Assembly (NCBI GenBank): GCA_963716745.1
Contig: OY970320.1
Location: 320,001 to 384,000 of the forward strand
From: an uncultured Gemmatimonadaceae bacterium
Lineage (GTDB): Bacteria; Gemmatimonadota; Gemmatimonadetes; Gemmatimonadales; Gemmatimonadaceae
DNA length: 64,000 nt
Reading direction: 5' to 3'
The notes beneath the pieces are model-generated. The model was not told the origin of the DNA. It saw nothing but the letters and a program-made list of their open reading frames with translations, and searched no databases. The position numbers and the translations under genes are program-made. Below are positions 12,802-24,935 of the stretch, in pieces. How positions within the stretch are numbered: position 1 is the stretch's first letter; every line of letters begins with the position of its first letter.

Positions 12802-13356
12802 ATGTCCATCAAGTCAGACCGCTGGATCCGCGAACAGGCGACGAAGCATGGCATGATCGAACCCTTCGCCGACCGTCAGGTGCGCGACGGGGTGATCTCC
12901 TACGGCGTGAGCTCGTACGGCTACGACATGCGCGTCGCGCGCGAGTTCAAGATCTTCACCAACGTGCTGAGTTCGGTGGTGGACCCCAAGCACTTCGATC
13001 CCAAGTCGTTCGTGGAGTTCGAGGGCGACGTGTGCATCGTGCCGCCGAACAGTTTCGCGCTGGCGCGCTCGGTGGAATTCTTCCGCATCCCGCGCAACGT
13101 GCTCACCGTGACCGTGGGCAAGTCGACGTACGCCCGCTGCGGGATCATCACGAACGTCACGCCCTTCGAACCGGAATGGGAAGGATTCGTGACGCTCGAG
13201 ATATCGAATACAACACCACTGCCGGCCAAGATCTATGCCAACGAAGGCATCGCCCAGGTGCTCTTCTTCGAGGGCGACGAGCCGCCGGAGATCTCGTACA
13301 AGGACAAGAAAGGCAAGTACCAGGGCCAGCATGGCGTGACCCTGCCCCGGCTTTAG
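12802..13356 (+). CDS. dcd: dCTP deaminase
   Basis: [42 protein letters not shown] and YANEGIAQ. Confidence 0.96.
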   Translation: MSIKSDRWIREQATKHGMIEPFADRQVRDGVISYGVSSYGYDMRVAREFKIFTNVLSSVVDPKHFDPKSFVEFEGDVCIVPPNSFALARSVEFFRIPRNVLTVTVGKSTYARCGIITNVTPFEPEWEGFVTLEISNTTPLPAKIYANEGIAQVLFFEGDEPPEISYKDKKGKYQGQHGVTLPRL

Positions 13357-13387
13357 GAGTCGAACCCCAACACTCGACACTGAGATC

Positions 13388-14414
13388 ATGATGAGAACAT
13401 CGCTAGCACTCCTGGCCGCGGGAGCGATCCTGATGGCCTGCAGCAGCAATGACGCCACCGGCCCCGATCCGCGGAATTGCACCGCCGGCACGATCGGCGA
13501 CAACGACACCAAGACGGGTCACCTCGGCAAGGAATCGTGCCACGTCTACGATTGGGAGTATCTAGCGGACAGCACCTACTCTGTCTCGTACGATGTGAGA
13601 CTCGAGCAGGGCAAGGGCTACATGTTCAATTTGCAGCGCGACACCGTCACCAAGGATTGGGACGCGGTGCTCGAGCTCGTTGGGAAGGATGCAAACACCG
13701 GCGACGAGCAGTTGCTGCAGCTGAGCGATGACGAAGGGCCAATGAAGTTCTCTCAAATGCACTTCATCGCCGCGGAGAGCGGCACGTATTCGTTGCGCGT
13801 GATGGGATACGACACGACGGAGACCGCGAACTACGTGCTGCAATCGCGCCGCTGCGATCCGCCGCGTGGACCGATCACGGACACGCTGCCGGCGACCGAG
13901 TTCTCGCTCGCGCTCGGGCAGTGCGTGCTGGAGGAGCCGAACTTCGCCGAGGACAGCACGTACTACCAGAATGTTCTCCGTCGTGATCGGCCCGAACCAG
14001 ACGAAGACGATCATCGCTTCATCCGACGCGTTCAATCCGGGCTTCCAGATCTACGGGCCGGGTTGGGGGCTCGACTGCGGCTACGGCTACCAGGGTTGCG
14101 GTGGCGACGTAGAGTTCAACGACCCGGAGGAAGGGTCGAGCACCGTCGCGACCACACTCACCGCCGACGGGAAGAATTGTTGCAGCGAGGTCCGCCTCAA
14201 CTACCCCGGCACGTACACTATGACCGTGGGCGGCAGCGCGTTCGGCGATAACGGGCTCTACAGCGTGGAAGTCGATAACGGTGCGACAATCCCGAGCGAT
14301 GTGATGCCGAGTCTCAAACCGTTCGCCCAGACGATCAGTCCGAGCCTGCGGTTCCTGACCAAGAAGCCCGCGCGCAAACGGCCGAGTCTGAATCGCGTGG
14401 CCAAGCAGCACTAG
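13388..14414 (+). CDS. Putative lipoprotein with two beta-sandwich (PPC-like) repeats; one apparent frameshift near 13970
   Basis: Signal peptide with lipobox LMAC. ORF 13388-14251 (SDDEG...GTYSLRV) continues after CAGAATGTTC in the 13866-14414 frame (MFSVVIG...[10 protein letters not shown]). Confidence 0.6.
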
Positions 14415-14442
14415 ACCTCGCTGCACGTTGTACGATGCACAG

Positions 14443-14471
14443 CGGGGTGCGGCCGACGTGGCCGCACCCCG
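14443..14471. terminator. Hairpin between the convergent lipoprotein gene and sdhB (probable bidirectional terminator)
   Basis: Perfect 12-bp inverted repeat CGGGGTGCGGCC-gacgt-GGCCGCACCCCG. Confidence 0.6.
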
Positions 14472-14498
14472 TTTCGCATCCGCCGCGTGACAACGCGT

Positions 14499-15276
14499 TC
14501 ACCCCGCTCCACCCGCCGCGCGACTCCGTGCCGCCCCCGCGCACCTGCGCCACGAGATAGTCGCGGTTCATGCGCGTGATCACGTCGATCGAGATCTCCT
14601 TCGGACACGCCGCCTGGCACTCGCCATGCAGCGTGCAGCCGCCGAAGCCCTCGAGATCCATCTGCGCGACCATCGCGGTCACCCGGCGGTAACGCTCGGG
14701 CTGTCCCTGCGGCAGCACCGCCAGATGCGTGATCTTCGCCGCCGTGAACAGCGACGCCGACCCGTTCGGGCACGCCGCCACGCACGCTCCGCAGCCGATG
14801 CACGCCGCGGCATCCATCGCGGTGTCCGCCGCGACCTTCGGCACGAGGATCGCGTTCGCGTCCTGCGCGCCGCCGGTGCTCGCCGAGATGAACCCACCCG
14901 CGCCGATGATCCGGTCGAAGGCGCTCCGGTCCACGCAGAGATCCTTGATCACCGGGAACGCCTTGGCGCGCCACGGTTCCACCCAGATCTCATCACCATC
15001 GTGATAGTGCCGCATGTGCAGCTGGCACGTCGCCGTGCCGTGCTGCGGCCCGTGCGCTTCGCCATCGATCATCATCGAGCAGGATCCGCAGATCCCTTCG
15101 CGGCAGTCATGATCGAACGCGATGGGCACGTCACCCGCGTGTATGAGCGCCTCATTCACGACGTCGATCATCTCGAGGAAGGACGAATCGGGGCTGATGT
15201 CGCGCGCCTCGTAGCGCACGAACCGCCCCGCATCATCCAGGCCAAGCTGCCGCCAGACATGCAGCGTGAGGTTCAT
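14499..15276 (-). CDS. sdhB: Succinate dehydrogenase/fumarate reductase iron-sulfur subunit; true stop probably 14499 (frameshift near 14520)
   Basis: [22 protein letters not shown] and [13 protein letters not shown]. As read, the ORF runs through the terminator hairpin to 14335, while a shifted frame ends ...AAGGAG-TGA at 14499. Confidence 0.93.
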
Positions 15277-17197
15277 TACTTGTAACTCCGCTGCGCGAGG
15301 TGGACATTCTCGAACACGAGCGGCTCCTTGTGCATCACCGGCACCTTGCCATCGCCCTGGAATTCCCAAGCGGCGGCGTAGGCGTAGTGCTCGTCGTCAC
15401 GGCGCGCCTCCCCATCCGGCGTCTGATACTCCTCGCGAAAATGTGCGCCGCACGACTCGCGCCGCTCCAGAGCATCGCGGCACATCAGCTCGCCGAGTTC
15501 GAGGAAATCCGCCACGCGCCCCGCCTTCTCCAGCGCCTGGTTCAACTCGGCGTCGCTGCCCGGCACGTTCACGTCTCGCCAGAATTCGTCGCGCAGCTTC
15601 GCGATCGCCGCCATCCCGCGCTGGAGCCCCGCCTCGTTGCGCGCCATGCCGCAGTCCTCCCACATGATCCGCCCCAGCTCGCGATGGAACTCGTCCACGG
15701 TGCGCTTGCCCCTGATCGCGAGGAAGCGCTTGGTGCGCGCCGCGACCTCGGCCTCGGCCGCCTTGAACGCCGCATGCGAGGCATCGACCGGCGTCACTTT
15801 GTTGGTCGCGAGGTAATCGCCGATGGTGTACGGCAGGATGAAGTATCCATCGGCCAAACCCTGCATGAGCGCGCTCGCGCCGAGGCGGTTGGCACCGTGG
15901 TCCGAGAAGTTCGCTTCGCCGATCACGTGGAGGCCCGGCAGCGTGCTCATGAGATTGTAGTCCACCCACAGTCCGCCCATGGTGTAGTGCACCGCGGGAT
16001 AGATGCGCATGGGCCGCGTGTACGGATCCTCGCCGGTGATGCGCTCGTACATCTCGAACAGATTGCCGTACCGTTCTTCGATCGCGGCCTTGCCGAGCCG
16101 CTTGATCGCGTCGGCGAAATCGAGATACACGCCGCGGCCGCCCGGCCCGACGCCACGTCCCTCATCGCACACTTCTTTCGCCGCCCGCGACGCGATGTCG
16201 CGCGGCGAGAGGTTGCCGTAACTCGGATATTTCCGCTCGAGATAGTAATCGCGCTCGTTCTCCGGGATCTGCGCCGGCGCGCGCGCGTCGCCCTTCGCCT
16301 TGGGCACCCACACGCGCCCATCGTTGCGCAACGACTCGCTCATAAGCGTCAGCTTCGATTGATGCTCGCCGGCTTGCGGGATGCACGTCGGGATGGATCT
16401 GCGTGAAGCACGGGATTCGCGAACGCCGCGCCGCGCTTGTACGCGCGCCAGATCGCCGTCGCGTTCGATCCCTTCGCGTTGGTGGAGAGATAGAACACGT
16501 TGCCGTAGCCGCCCGTGCCGAGCACCACGGCGTCCGCCGCGTGCGACGTGACGGCGCCGGTCACGAGGTCGCGCACGACGATCCCGCGCGCCCTCCCGTC
16601 CACGAGCACCACGTCGAGCATCTCCGTGCGCGGGTACATCGTGACGCGCCCCGCGGCGATCTGCCGCTCCAGCGCCTGGTACGCACCGAGCAGGAGCTGC
16701 TGCCCCGTCTGGCCGCGCGCATAGAACGTGCGCGACACCTGCGCGCCGCCGAACGACCGGTTCGCGAGCAGCCCGCCGTACTCGCGCGCGAACGGCACGC
16801 CCTGCGCCACGCACTGATCGATGATGTTCACGCTCACCTGCGCGAGCCGGTACACGTTCGCCTCGCGCGCGCGGAAGTCCCCGCCCTTCACGGTATCGTA
16901 GAACAGCCGGCGGATGGAATCGCCATCGTTCTGGTAATTCTTCGCCGCGTTGATGCCGCCCTGCGCCGCGATGCTGTGCGCGCGGCGCGGCGAATCCTGG
17001 AAGCAGAAGCACTTCACCTGGTAGCCGAGCTCCGCGAGCGTCGCGGCCGCCGACGCGCCGGCGAGGCCAGACCCCACCACGAGCACGGTGTAGCGCCGTT
17101 TGTTCGCGGGATTCACCAGCTTCATCTCGAAGCGATGCTGGTCCCACTTCGCGTCGATCGGCCCAGCTGGGATCCGCGCGTTCAGGTCGATGCTCAT
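15276..17197 (-). CDS. sdhA: Succinate dehydrogenase/fumarate reductase flavoprotein subunit (two apparent +1 insertions at ~16392 and ~16413)
   Basis: [40 protein letters not shown] and ESCGAHFR. The conserved [11 protein letters not shown] motif is restored by removing two extra bases in C/G runs. Confidence 0.95.
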
Positions 17198-17853
17198 CGC
17201 GCCCATCCCAGCAGCACGCCCACCGGCACGATCGTGAACCCGAGCCAGAGGATGAATGCGACCGCCAGCGAGATCCGATGCGCGAGCGGACGCTCCGACG
17301 CCGGCGCGACTCCCAGCGTGCGGAACACGCTCCATGAGCCGTGATACAGGTGGAGGCCCACCGCGATCATCGCCACAATGTAGAGCGCCGACACCCATGG
17401 CACCACGAAGCTCCCCACCACATTCCCGTACACGTCGCCCGCAACGAATGGCGCCGGCCGCAGCGTTCCCGTGGTGAAATGCAGCAGGTGCAGCACGATG
17501 AAGATGCCGATCACGAGCCCGCCCCACCGCATCGTGCGCGACGCCAGCGTCGCGGCCTGCGTCTCGTGCTTCGCGTACGCTACCGGCCGAGCCGCGCGAT
17601 CAATGCGGATCAACTGTACCGCCGCGATGACGTGCAGCACGAGCGACACGACGAGCACCGCGCGGATCGCCCACAGGATCTCACCCAGCGAATGCAGGAA
17701 CGCCGCGTAGCCATTGAGCTTCGCGGCGCCCATGAACACTTGCAGGTTGCCCACCATGTGGCCCACCAGGAACGCCACCATGATGAGACCCGTCACCGCC
17801 ATCACGGCCTTCTTGCCGACCGTGGATCTCCAGAAGCGCGCGATGCGAGTCAC
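17194..17853 (-). CDS. sdhC: Succinate dehydrogenase cytochrome b subunit
   Basis: [24 protein letters not shown] and HLYHG heme-ligand His residues; five hydrophobic segments; first gene of sdhCAB. Confidence 0.93.
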   Translation of the reverse strand: MTRIARFWRSTVGKKAVMAVTGLIMVAFLVGHMVGNLQVFMGAAKLNGYAAFLHSLGEILWAIRAVLVVSLVLHVIAAVQLIRIDRAARPVAYAKHETQAATLASRTMRWGGLVIGIFIVLHLLHFTTGTLRPAPFVAGDVYGNVVGSFVVPWVSALYIVAMIAVGLHLYHGSWSVFRTLGVAPASERPLAHRISLAVAFILWLGFTIVPVGVLLGWAR

Positions 17854-17859
17854 GGAGCC

Positions 17860-18933
<1,074 letters not shown>

Positions 18934-18938
18934 TTCGC

Positions 18939-19922
18939 TCATCCGCCCACCTGCGACAACGCGCGGAGACCCCCGACCTTCAGGAGCAGCAACTCGTGCT
19001 CCTTCGGCTTGTTCGCGAGCGCCTGTACATACAGCGGCGTCAGGTCGTCGCCCGCTCGCAGCGGGTCGCGCAGGTTCACCTCGTGATCGCCATAGAGACA
19101 GGTGCGCAGTTTGCCGTCGGCCGTGAGGCGCACGCGATTGCATGAGCCGCAGTACGTGTGCGTCATCGGCGTGATCACGCCAACAGTGCCCGGCGCGCCC
19201 ACGAAGCGGTGATAGACGGCAGGCCCGTTGCCGCGAGCCGGGCCGCTGTCGGCGACGAGCGCGCCGAGCGCCTCGAGTCGCGACAAGATCTCATCGCTCG
19301 GCACCACGTGCTCCCACGTGAGATCCCGCATCTCGCCGACCGGCATCAGCTCAATGAATCGCACATGCCACGGGTGCTCCATCGTGAGCCGCGCGAAATC
19401 CTCCACTTCGTCGTCGTTCACGCCACGCAGCACCACCATGTTCAGCTTCACTGGCGACAGCCCCGCCCGCTCGGCCGCGAGCGCAGCGGTCACGGGATCG
19501 AATCCCAAGTTCCGCCGCGCGATCGCGGAGATGCGTTCGGCACGCAGACTATCGGCGCTGATGTTCACCCGGTCGAGGCCGGCGGCACGCAGCTCCGCCG
19601 CGAGCGCCGGCATCTTCACGCCGTTCGTGGACAGCGCGATGTCCTCGATGCCCGGCACCGCCTTGAGCATCGCGATCAACTCGGCGAGGTCGGGCCGGAT
19701 GGTCGGCTCGCCGCCGGTGATGCGCAGCCGCCGCAAGCCGAGCGGCGCGAGCTGGCGCACGATCGCCGTGATCTCCTCGTAACTCAGGATGTCGCGCTTC
19801 GGCAGCCACTCCAAGCCTTCCGCCGGCATGCAGTACACGCAGCGGAAATTGCAGCGGTCGGTGACGGAGATCCGCAGATACTCGATGCTCCGTCCGAACT
19901 GATCCTTCAGCGCCGCGCTCAT
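18939..19922 (-). CDS. moaA: GTP 3',8-cyclase MoaA
   Basis: YLRISVTDRCNFRCVYCM, TGGEP, CGSCNRVRLTADGKLRTCL and C-terminal GG. Confidence 0.97.
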   Translation of the reverse strand: MSAALKDQFGRSIEYLRISVTDRCNFRCVYCMPAEGLEWLPKRDILSYEEITAIVRQLAPLGLRRLRITGGEPTIRPDLAELIAMLKAVPGIEDIALSTNGVKMPALAAELRAAGLDRVNISADSLRAERISAIARRNLGFDPVTAALAAERAGLSPVKLNMVVLRGVNDDEVEDFARLTMEHPWHVRFIELMPVGEMRDLTWEHVVPSDEILSRLEALGALVADSGPARGNGPAVYHRFVGAPGTVGVITPMTHTYCGSCNRVRLTADGKLRTCLYGDHEVNLRDPLRAGDDLTPLYVQALANKPKEHELLLLKVGGLRALSQVGG

Positions 19923-20356
19923 GAGCGCGCCTCTACCGCGGGCCGCGTCGGGTCCACCCATTCGCGCGTCCCGTCGACATACTCTTCCTTCTTCCACACC
20001 GGAACGCGGCGCTTCAATTGTTCGATCACGTAGCGCGACGCCTCGTACGCCGGCGCGCGATGTGCGTGCGACACCGCGATCCCCACGCTCACCTCGCCCA
20101 GCGCCAGGTCGCCGGTGCGATGCTCCACGACGATCTCCTCGGTTTCGAAACGCGCACAGGCCTCGGCGACGATCGTCTCGAGCTCACGAAGGGCCATCGC
20201 GTCGTACGCGCGGTACTCCAGGCCAGCGACCTCGCGCCCCTCGCTCATGTCCCGCACGGTGCCAAGGAAGAGCACGATCGCCCCGTGCGCGATGTTCCCC
20301 ACCTCGAGCACGAGGGCGCCCGGATCGATCGGACGGGACACGACGGCGACGCGCAC
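19919..20356 (-). CDS. moaE: Molybdopterin synthase catalytic subunit
   Basis: GAIVLFLGTVR, LEYRAY, HRTG, HAHR and VPVWKKE. Confidence 0.95.
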   Translation of the reverse strand: MRVAVVSRPIDPGALVLEVGNIAHGAIVLFLGTVRDMSEGREVAGLEYRAYDAMALRELETIVAEACARFETEEIVVEHRTGDLALGEVSVGIAVSHAHRAPAYEASRYVIEQLKRRVPVWKKEEYVDGTREWVDPTRPAVEARS

Positions 20357-20358
20357 GT

Positions 20359-20601
20359 TCAGCCTCCCGCCACTGGCGGGATCACCGCCAGCTCATCGCC
20401 CGCCACGAGCACGGCGTCGCCCCGAGCGTAGGCCAGGTTCACCGCCACCAGCGGCGCTTCGGGGAGCGTCATGCCTCCGGGCAGGTCACGCAGCCGCGCC
20501 AGCGCATCGCTCACGGTAGCCCCGGGCGGAAGTGTGAGTTCCACCATGGGCCGGCCGAGCGCGTCGGCATACGAGGCGAAGAGCAGCGCCGTGACAGTCA
20601 T
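20359..20601 (-). CDS. moaD: Molybdopterin synthase sulfur carrier
   Basis: 80 aa, ubiquitin-like, ending IPPVAGG. Confidence 0.95.
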   Translation of the reverse strand: MTVTALLFASYADALGRPMVELTLPPGATVSDALARLRDLPGGMTLPEAPLVAVNLAYARGDAVLVAGDELAVIPPVAGG

Positions 20602-20616
20602 GGTCTAATGATAACG

Positions 20617-20641
20617 AAAAGCGCCCCGGCCGGGGGCGCTT
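20617..20641 (-). terminator. Rho-independent terminator after the HU gene
   Basis: Minus-strand AAGCGCCCC-cggcc-GGGGCGCTTTT. Confidence 0.7.
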
Positions 20642-20693
20642 ACAACGGACCTAGACAATACTGCTGGAAGGTCGAATGCGTCGTTGTATGGTA

Positions 20694-20724
20694 GTCTACG
20701 TCTAACGTCTAAGTCTAACGTCTG
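20694..20724. repeat. Tandem GTCTAA(C) 6-7-mer repeat, same unit as the 18851-18933 element
   Basis: GTCTAC GTCTAAC GTCTAA GTCTAAC GTCTG. Confidence 0.75.
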
Positions 20725-20730
20725 CTGTGC

Positions 20731-21063
20731 TCAAACCCGCGACTTCGCCTGCGCCAACTCCTCGGGCGTCACCTCGGCGACGAGGGCGCGCAACTCTTTG
20801 CTCGGCTTGAAGACTGGCACGGGGCGGGCTGAGACTTCGACGGGCGATCCGGTGCGCGGATTGCGCGCCATGCGCGTCTTCCGCTGGCGGATCTTGAACG
20901 TGCCGAACCCGCGGACCTCGATGTTCCGCTGCTCCTTGAGCGCGTCCTTGATCGCATCCAGGAAGGAGTCGACCACGCGCGCGCAGTCCTTTTTCGAGAT
21001 CATCGGGCCTGCCGTACGGGAGATCTGCGCCGTAACGCGCTCGACCAGATCAGCTTTGGTCAT
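20731..21063 (-). CDS. HU/IHF family DNA-binding protein
   Basis: MTKADLV, IEVRGFGTF, ARNPRTG and PVFKPSKEL. Confidence 0.95.
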   Translation of the reverse strand: MTKADLVERVTAQISRTAGPMISKKDCARVVDSFLDAIKDALKEQRNIEVRGFGTFKIRQRKTRMARNPRTGSPVEVSARPVPVFKPSKELRALVAEVTPEELAQAKSRV

Positions 21064-21109
21064 TCGTAGCCTCGGAAAGATCGCCCGCCAACCCGCGGGC
21101 CCTGCGACG

Positions 21110-21139
21110 AAACTATGGGCTTACTTGCTTGTGTGTCAA
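21110..21139 (-). promoter_or_regulatory. Putative sigma70 promoter of the HU/IHF gene
   Basis: TTGACA-N18-TAGTTT; the -35 overlaps the carA TGA stop. Confidence 0.55.
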
Positions 21140-22269
21140 GCATTTGCCTGACTGGAACGACTGTTCGAAGCGACCGCCTCCATGAATTCCGAGAACAATG
21201 GCCTCGCATCATGCGGCCCGGGCGCGGCCTCCGGGTGGTATTGCACCGCGAACACGGGCAGTTCGCGGTGCCGGAGCCCCTCCACCGTGCCGTCGTTCAG
21301 ATTCACATGCGTCACACGCAACTCCGGCGCTCCCGGGATCCCCTTCTCGTTGCCCACCACGCTGAATCCGTGGTTCTGCGACGTGATCAGCACGCGTCCC
21401 GTATCGATCTCCTTCACCGGATGATTCCCGCCCCGGTGACCGAACGGCATCTTCTCCGTGCGCGCGCCGTACGTGAGCCCCAGCAATTGGTGCCCCAGAC
21501 AGATGCCGAGCACCGGCATTCCCTTTTTCGCGAGCGCCCGGATGATCGCCGGCGCATAACTCACCGCCGCCGGATCGCCGGGACCGTTGGCGAGGAACAC
21601 GCCGTCGGGCCCCAAATCCATCGTTTTTTCCGCCGGCGTTTCCGCCGGAACCACGGTCACTCGGCAGCCATTCTCTGCAAAGAGGCGCAGGATATTGCGC
21701 TTGATCCCGTAATCGTAGGCGACGATGTGTTTCGCAGCGCTCGCGTCGCCCCAGCTGTATGACGTTAGCGTGGACACGCGCGATGCGAGATCCAGCCCTT
21801 CCATTGACGGACAGGCTTCCAGCGCCGCAACGGCATCCGCCCCCGGTTCCTCGCCCGCGGCCACAACGCCGCGCATGACGCCCCGCGACCGGAGGTGCCG
21901 CGTGAGGCGCCGAGTGTCAACGTCTTGCAGTATCGGGATTTGTGCGGAGCTCAACCACTTTGGCAACCCGCCCTGGGATCGCCAGTTCGACGGGTGCGAA
22001 GAGAGCTCGCGCACGATCACGCCGGCGACCTGCGCGCGCTCCGATTCGGGGTCCTCTTCGTTCGTGCCGTAGTTGCCGATCATGGGCGCGGTCATGACCA
22101 CGATCTGGCCGCGATAGGACGGATCGGTGAACACTTCCTGGTAGCCGGTCATGTTCGTCGTGAACACCACCTCGGCGACCGCGAGCGGAGCGTCGGACGC
22201 GAAAGTGCCACGAAAAAGGGTTCCGTCCTCAAGGAGGAGGAACCCCGGATTCGTGCCGAGCGCGGGCAA
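21136..22269 (-). CDS. carA: Carbamoyl-phosphate synthase small subunit (start uncertain, TTG at 22269)
   Basis: [39 protein letters not shown] and [12 protein letters not shown]. Confidence 0.95.
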   Translation of the reverse strand: MPALGTNPGFLLLEDGTLFRGTFASDAPLAVAEVVFTTNMTGYQEVFTDPSYRGQIVVMTAPMIGNYGTNEEDPESERAQVAGVIVRELSSHPSNWRSQGGLPKWLSSAQIPILQDVDTRRLTRHLRSRGVMRGVVAAGEEPGADAVAALEACPSMEGLDLASRVSTLTSYSWGDASAAKHIVAYDYGIKRNILRLFAENGCRVTVVPAETPAEKTMDLGPDGVFLANGPGDPAAVSYAPAIIRALAKKGMPVLGICLGHQLLGLTYGARTEKMPFGHRGGNHPVKEIDTGRVLITSQNHGFSVVGNEKGIPGAPELRVTHVNLNDGTVEGLRHRELPVFAVQYHPEAAPGPHDARPLFSEFMEAVASNSRSSQANA

Positions 22270-22274
22270 CGGGA

Positions 22275-22655
22275 TCAGCGCGGTGGTGTCTTTGACGGCG
22301 CAGCGGGCGCGGTGGGCGCAGGCTGCAACGGGACGATCGGCGCGGTGTTCGCCGGCGCACTTTGCGTTGGCGCTTGCGTCTGGGGCGCGGTGAGCTGATC
22401 GAGCGCCGACTTCGGCACCGCGGGACGCGCGCTCATGATCGCGAGCATGTACGCGATGAACAGGAAGGTGCCGCCCAGGTACCACGTCGCCTTGCTGATC
22501 CCGGTGGCCATCTGGTGCGAGCCCATGATGTCGCTGGACGACGACGCGCCGCCGAAGCTGGCGGCGAGCCCGCTGCCCTTGCCGGACTGAATGAGTACCG
22601 CCGCGATGAGCACGACGCTCACCAGAATGAGAAGGACGAGGAGGAACGTGTACAT
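22275..22655 (-). CDS. secG: Preprotein translocase subunit SecG
   Basis: [21 protein letters not shown] pattern; classic position after tpiA. Confidence 0.92.
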   Translation of the reverse strand: MYTFLLVLLILVSVVLIAAVLIQSGKGSGLAASFGGASSSSDIMGSHQMATGISKATWYLGGTFLFIAYMLAIMSARPAVPKSALDQLTAPQTQAPTQSAPANTAPIVPLQPAPTAPAAPSKTPPR

Positions 22656-22692
22656 TTATCCGGCGGGAGAGGAGGAACGAGCTAAGCACCGA

Positions 22693-22721
22693 AGCTTAGG
22701 CACCTTACGACCTCTGGTCAA
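22693..22721 (-). promoter_or_regulatory. Putative sigma70 promoter of secG-carA
   Basis: TTGACC-N17-TAAGCT; the -35 overlaps the tpiA TGA stop. Confidence 0.55.
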
Positions 22722-23467
22722 GCCTGCGCGATCTTCGCCCACGCGTCCGGATCGAGGCTCGCGCCGCCCACGAGTACGCCGTCCACCTCGGGGGCCGCGA
22801 GGAGCTCGGAAACGTTCTCGGCGTTCACGCTCCCGCCATAGAGAATGGGGATGTCGGCGCTCTTGGATCCGATCGATTCCTTGAGCGCGCGCCGGATGGC
22901 GGTGTGCACGTTCGTCGCATCTTCAGGCCGCGCGGTGCGCCCGGTGCCGATCGCCCACACCGGCTCGTACGCAACGCAGAGCGTGGCGATCTGCGATGGC
23001 TCGAGGCGGCTGATGCCCGCTTTCAATTGCCGGAGCACCACGGCCTGCGTCGTGTTGCGTTCGCGCTCCTCGAGGCGCTCGCCCACGCAGAGCATCGCGG
23101 TGAGTCCCGCGCGGTAGGCCGTCGCGCATTTCTTCGCGGTCATCTCGTCGGTCTCGCCGAACAGTTGGCGGCGCTCGGAGTGGCCGACGAGCGCCATCTT
23201 CGCGCCCGCGTCCTTGGCCATGAATGCCGCATTCTCGCCCGTGAACGCCCCCTTCTCCTCCCAATGGATGTTCTGCACGCCCACGATCATCTCCGGGCGG
23301 TCCTTGAGCGCGTAGGCGGATACGACCACCGAGAGCGCCGACGGGAAGAAGACGAACGTGCGGTCGGTGCGCGGCGCCGTGAGTTCGCAGAAGCGTGTGA
23401 GATAGGCGCGCGCGTCCTGCGCGCCCAGGTTCATCTTCCAGTTCGCGGCGAATACGGGGCGCTTCAC
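22718..23467 (-). CDS. tpiA: Triosephosphate isomerase
   Basis: AANWKMN, GHSERR, AYEPVWAIGTG, LYGGSV and LVGGASL; GTG overlaps the pgk stop. Confidence 0.97.
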   Translation of the reverse strand: MKRPVFAANWKMNLGAQDARAYLTRFCELTAPRTDRTFVFFPSALSVVVSAYALKDRPEMIVGVQNIHWEEKGAFTGENAAFMAKDAGAKMALVGHSERRQLFGETDEMTAKKCATAYRAGLTAMLCVGERLEERERNTTQAVVLRQLKAGISRLEPSQIATLCVAYEPVWAIGTGRTARPEDATNVHTAIRRALKESIGSKSADIPILYGGSVNAENVSELLAAPEVDGVLVGGASLDPDAWAKIAQA

Positions 23468-24663
23468 GCGGCCCTCTCGTCGAGCGCGGCGACGCCGGGC
23501 AGCACTTTCCCCTCGAGGAATTCGAGCGAGGCACCGCCGCCGGTGGAGACATGGCTCATCTTGTCCGCGAGGCCGAACGTCTCGACCGCGGCGGCGGAGT
23601 CGCCGCCGCCGACGATCGTCGTGGCGCCCGCGGCCGTCGCGTGCGCCATCGCGTTCGCGATCGCTCGCGTACCCGCGTCGAAGGGCGGCCGCTCGAACAC
23701 GCCCATCGGGCCGTTCCACACGACGGTCTTCGCGCCCGTGATCTCGCGTGCGAAACGCTCGCCGGATCGCGGACCAATATCGAACATCGCCTCGGCTGCG
23801 GGAATCGCACCGCGCGCCACCACATGCGCACCGGCCGGCGCGTCCATCGAGTCCGCGACGAGCGCGTCGTCGGGGAGCATCAACTTTGCGCCGGACTTCG
23901 CGACGAGTTCCTTGGCCATGGGCACGCGGTCGTCCTCCACCAGCGACTTGCCGGTCTCGAGGCCCATTGCTTTGAAGAAGGTGCACGCCATCGCGCCGCC
24001 GATGATCAAGCGGTCCACCTTGGGCAGCAGTGCCGAGATGACATCGATCTTGCCCGAGATCTTCGCGCCGCCGAGCACCGCGACGAAGGGCCGGCGCGGC
24101 TGGGCGAGCGCGTCGCCGAGATATGCGAGTTCGCGCTCCATGAGCAAGCCAGCGACCGCGGGCTTCACATAACGCGCGACGCCCTCGGTAGACGCATGCG
24201 CGCGGTGCGCGCTCCCGAACGCATCGTTCACGTAGACATCGCCGAGCATCGCGAGCTGGCGCGAGAGGGCGTCGTCATTCTTCTCCTCGCCGGCGAGGAA
24301 GCGCGTATTCTCGAGCAGGAGGATCTCACCGTCGGCCAGCGCCTTGGTCGCGGCGATGGCCGCGTCATCCGTGGTGGATGCCACGAATCGCACCATGCGC
24401 TTGGTGAGCGTCGCGAGTTTCTTCGCGACCGGCGCGAGCGAATACTTGGCCTCCGGTTTGCCTTTCGGACGCCCGAGATGCGAGAGCAGCACCACGCGCG
24501 CGCCGGCGTTCGCGAGCGCATCGATCGTGGGCATCGCGGCGCGCAGCCGCGTGTCGTCGGAGACCTGATCGCCTTCCATTGGAACGTTGAAATCGACGCG
24601 CACCAGCACGCGCTTGCCGCGCAACGACGACGGCGGCAGATCCTTGATGGTGCGCTTCGCCAT
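23464..24663 (-). CDS. pgk: Phosphoglycerate kinase
   Basis: RVDFNVP, SHLGRP, LLENTRF, DAFGSAHRAHAS and STGGGASLE. Confidence 0.97.
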   Translation of the reverse strand: MAKRTIKDLPPSSLRGKRVLVRVDFNVPMEGDQVSDDTRLRAAMPTIDALANAGARVVLLSHLGRPKGKPEAKYSLAPVAKKLATLTKRMVRFVASTTDDAAIAATKALADGEILLLENTRFLAGEEKNDDALSRQLAMLGDVYVNDAFGSAHRAHASTEGVARYVKPAVAGLLMERELAYLGDALAQPRRPFVAVLGGAKISGKIDVISALLPKVDRLIIGGAMACTFFKAMGLETGKSLVEDDRVPMAKELVAKSGAKLMLPDDALVADSMDAPAGAHVVARGAIPAAEAMFDIGPRSGERFAREITGAKTVVWNGPMGVFERPPFDAGTRAIANAMAHATAAGATTIVGGGDSAAAVETFGLADKMSHVSTGGGASLEFLEGKVLPGVAALDERAA

Positions 24664-24935
24664 CAGGGCGCCTCGTGCCGCCGCGCATGGAAGCGCCCGA
24701 AGGACCACGCCATCGCAATGCCGCCGATGCCGATGAAGCCGAGGCCCGCGAGGGACATCAGCCAGAGTCGCGTGAAGCGCGCGATGGCGGGATGACCCGG
24801 CACCGGTACGATCGGCACGACGGCCATCGTGTGCATGCCGAGGTACGACGCCGCATACAGGAATGCCCCCAACCCGAGGAACGCGAGCGCGATCTTGTCG
24901 CGGCGGCGGTCGGCCGACGTGAGCGCGCTGGTCAC
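24663..24935 (-). CDS. Small hypothetical membrane protein (90 aa, 2 TM)
   Basis: GTG overlaps the gap stop, TGA overlaps the pgk ATG, and there are two hydrophobic segments. Confidence 0.65.
   Translation of the reverse strand: MTSALTSADRRRDKIALAFLGLGAFLYAASYLGMHTMAVVPIVPVPGHPAIARFTRLWLMSLAGLGFIGIGGIAMAWSFGRFHARRHEAP

Noticed and set aside
14335..14498. C-terminal extension of SdhB overlapping the convergent gene
   Set aside because: It crosses a terminator hairpin; a one-base shift gives a normal stop at 14499.
16380..16420. Programmed frameshifting in sdhA and other split genes
   Set aside because: No slippery heptamers seen; two adjacent indels within a conserved motif fit consensus errors better.
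20602..20730. Canonical Moco riboswitch upstream of moaD
   Set aside because: I could not match the multi-stem Moco RNA consensus by eye; kept only as an unassigned structured leader.
21136..22689. 517-aa CarA with an N-terminal extension
   Set aside because: The extension overlaps secG in another frame; CarA similarity begins near 22269.
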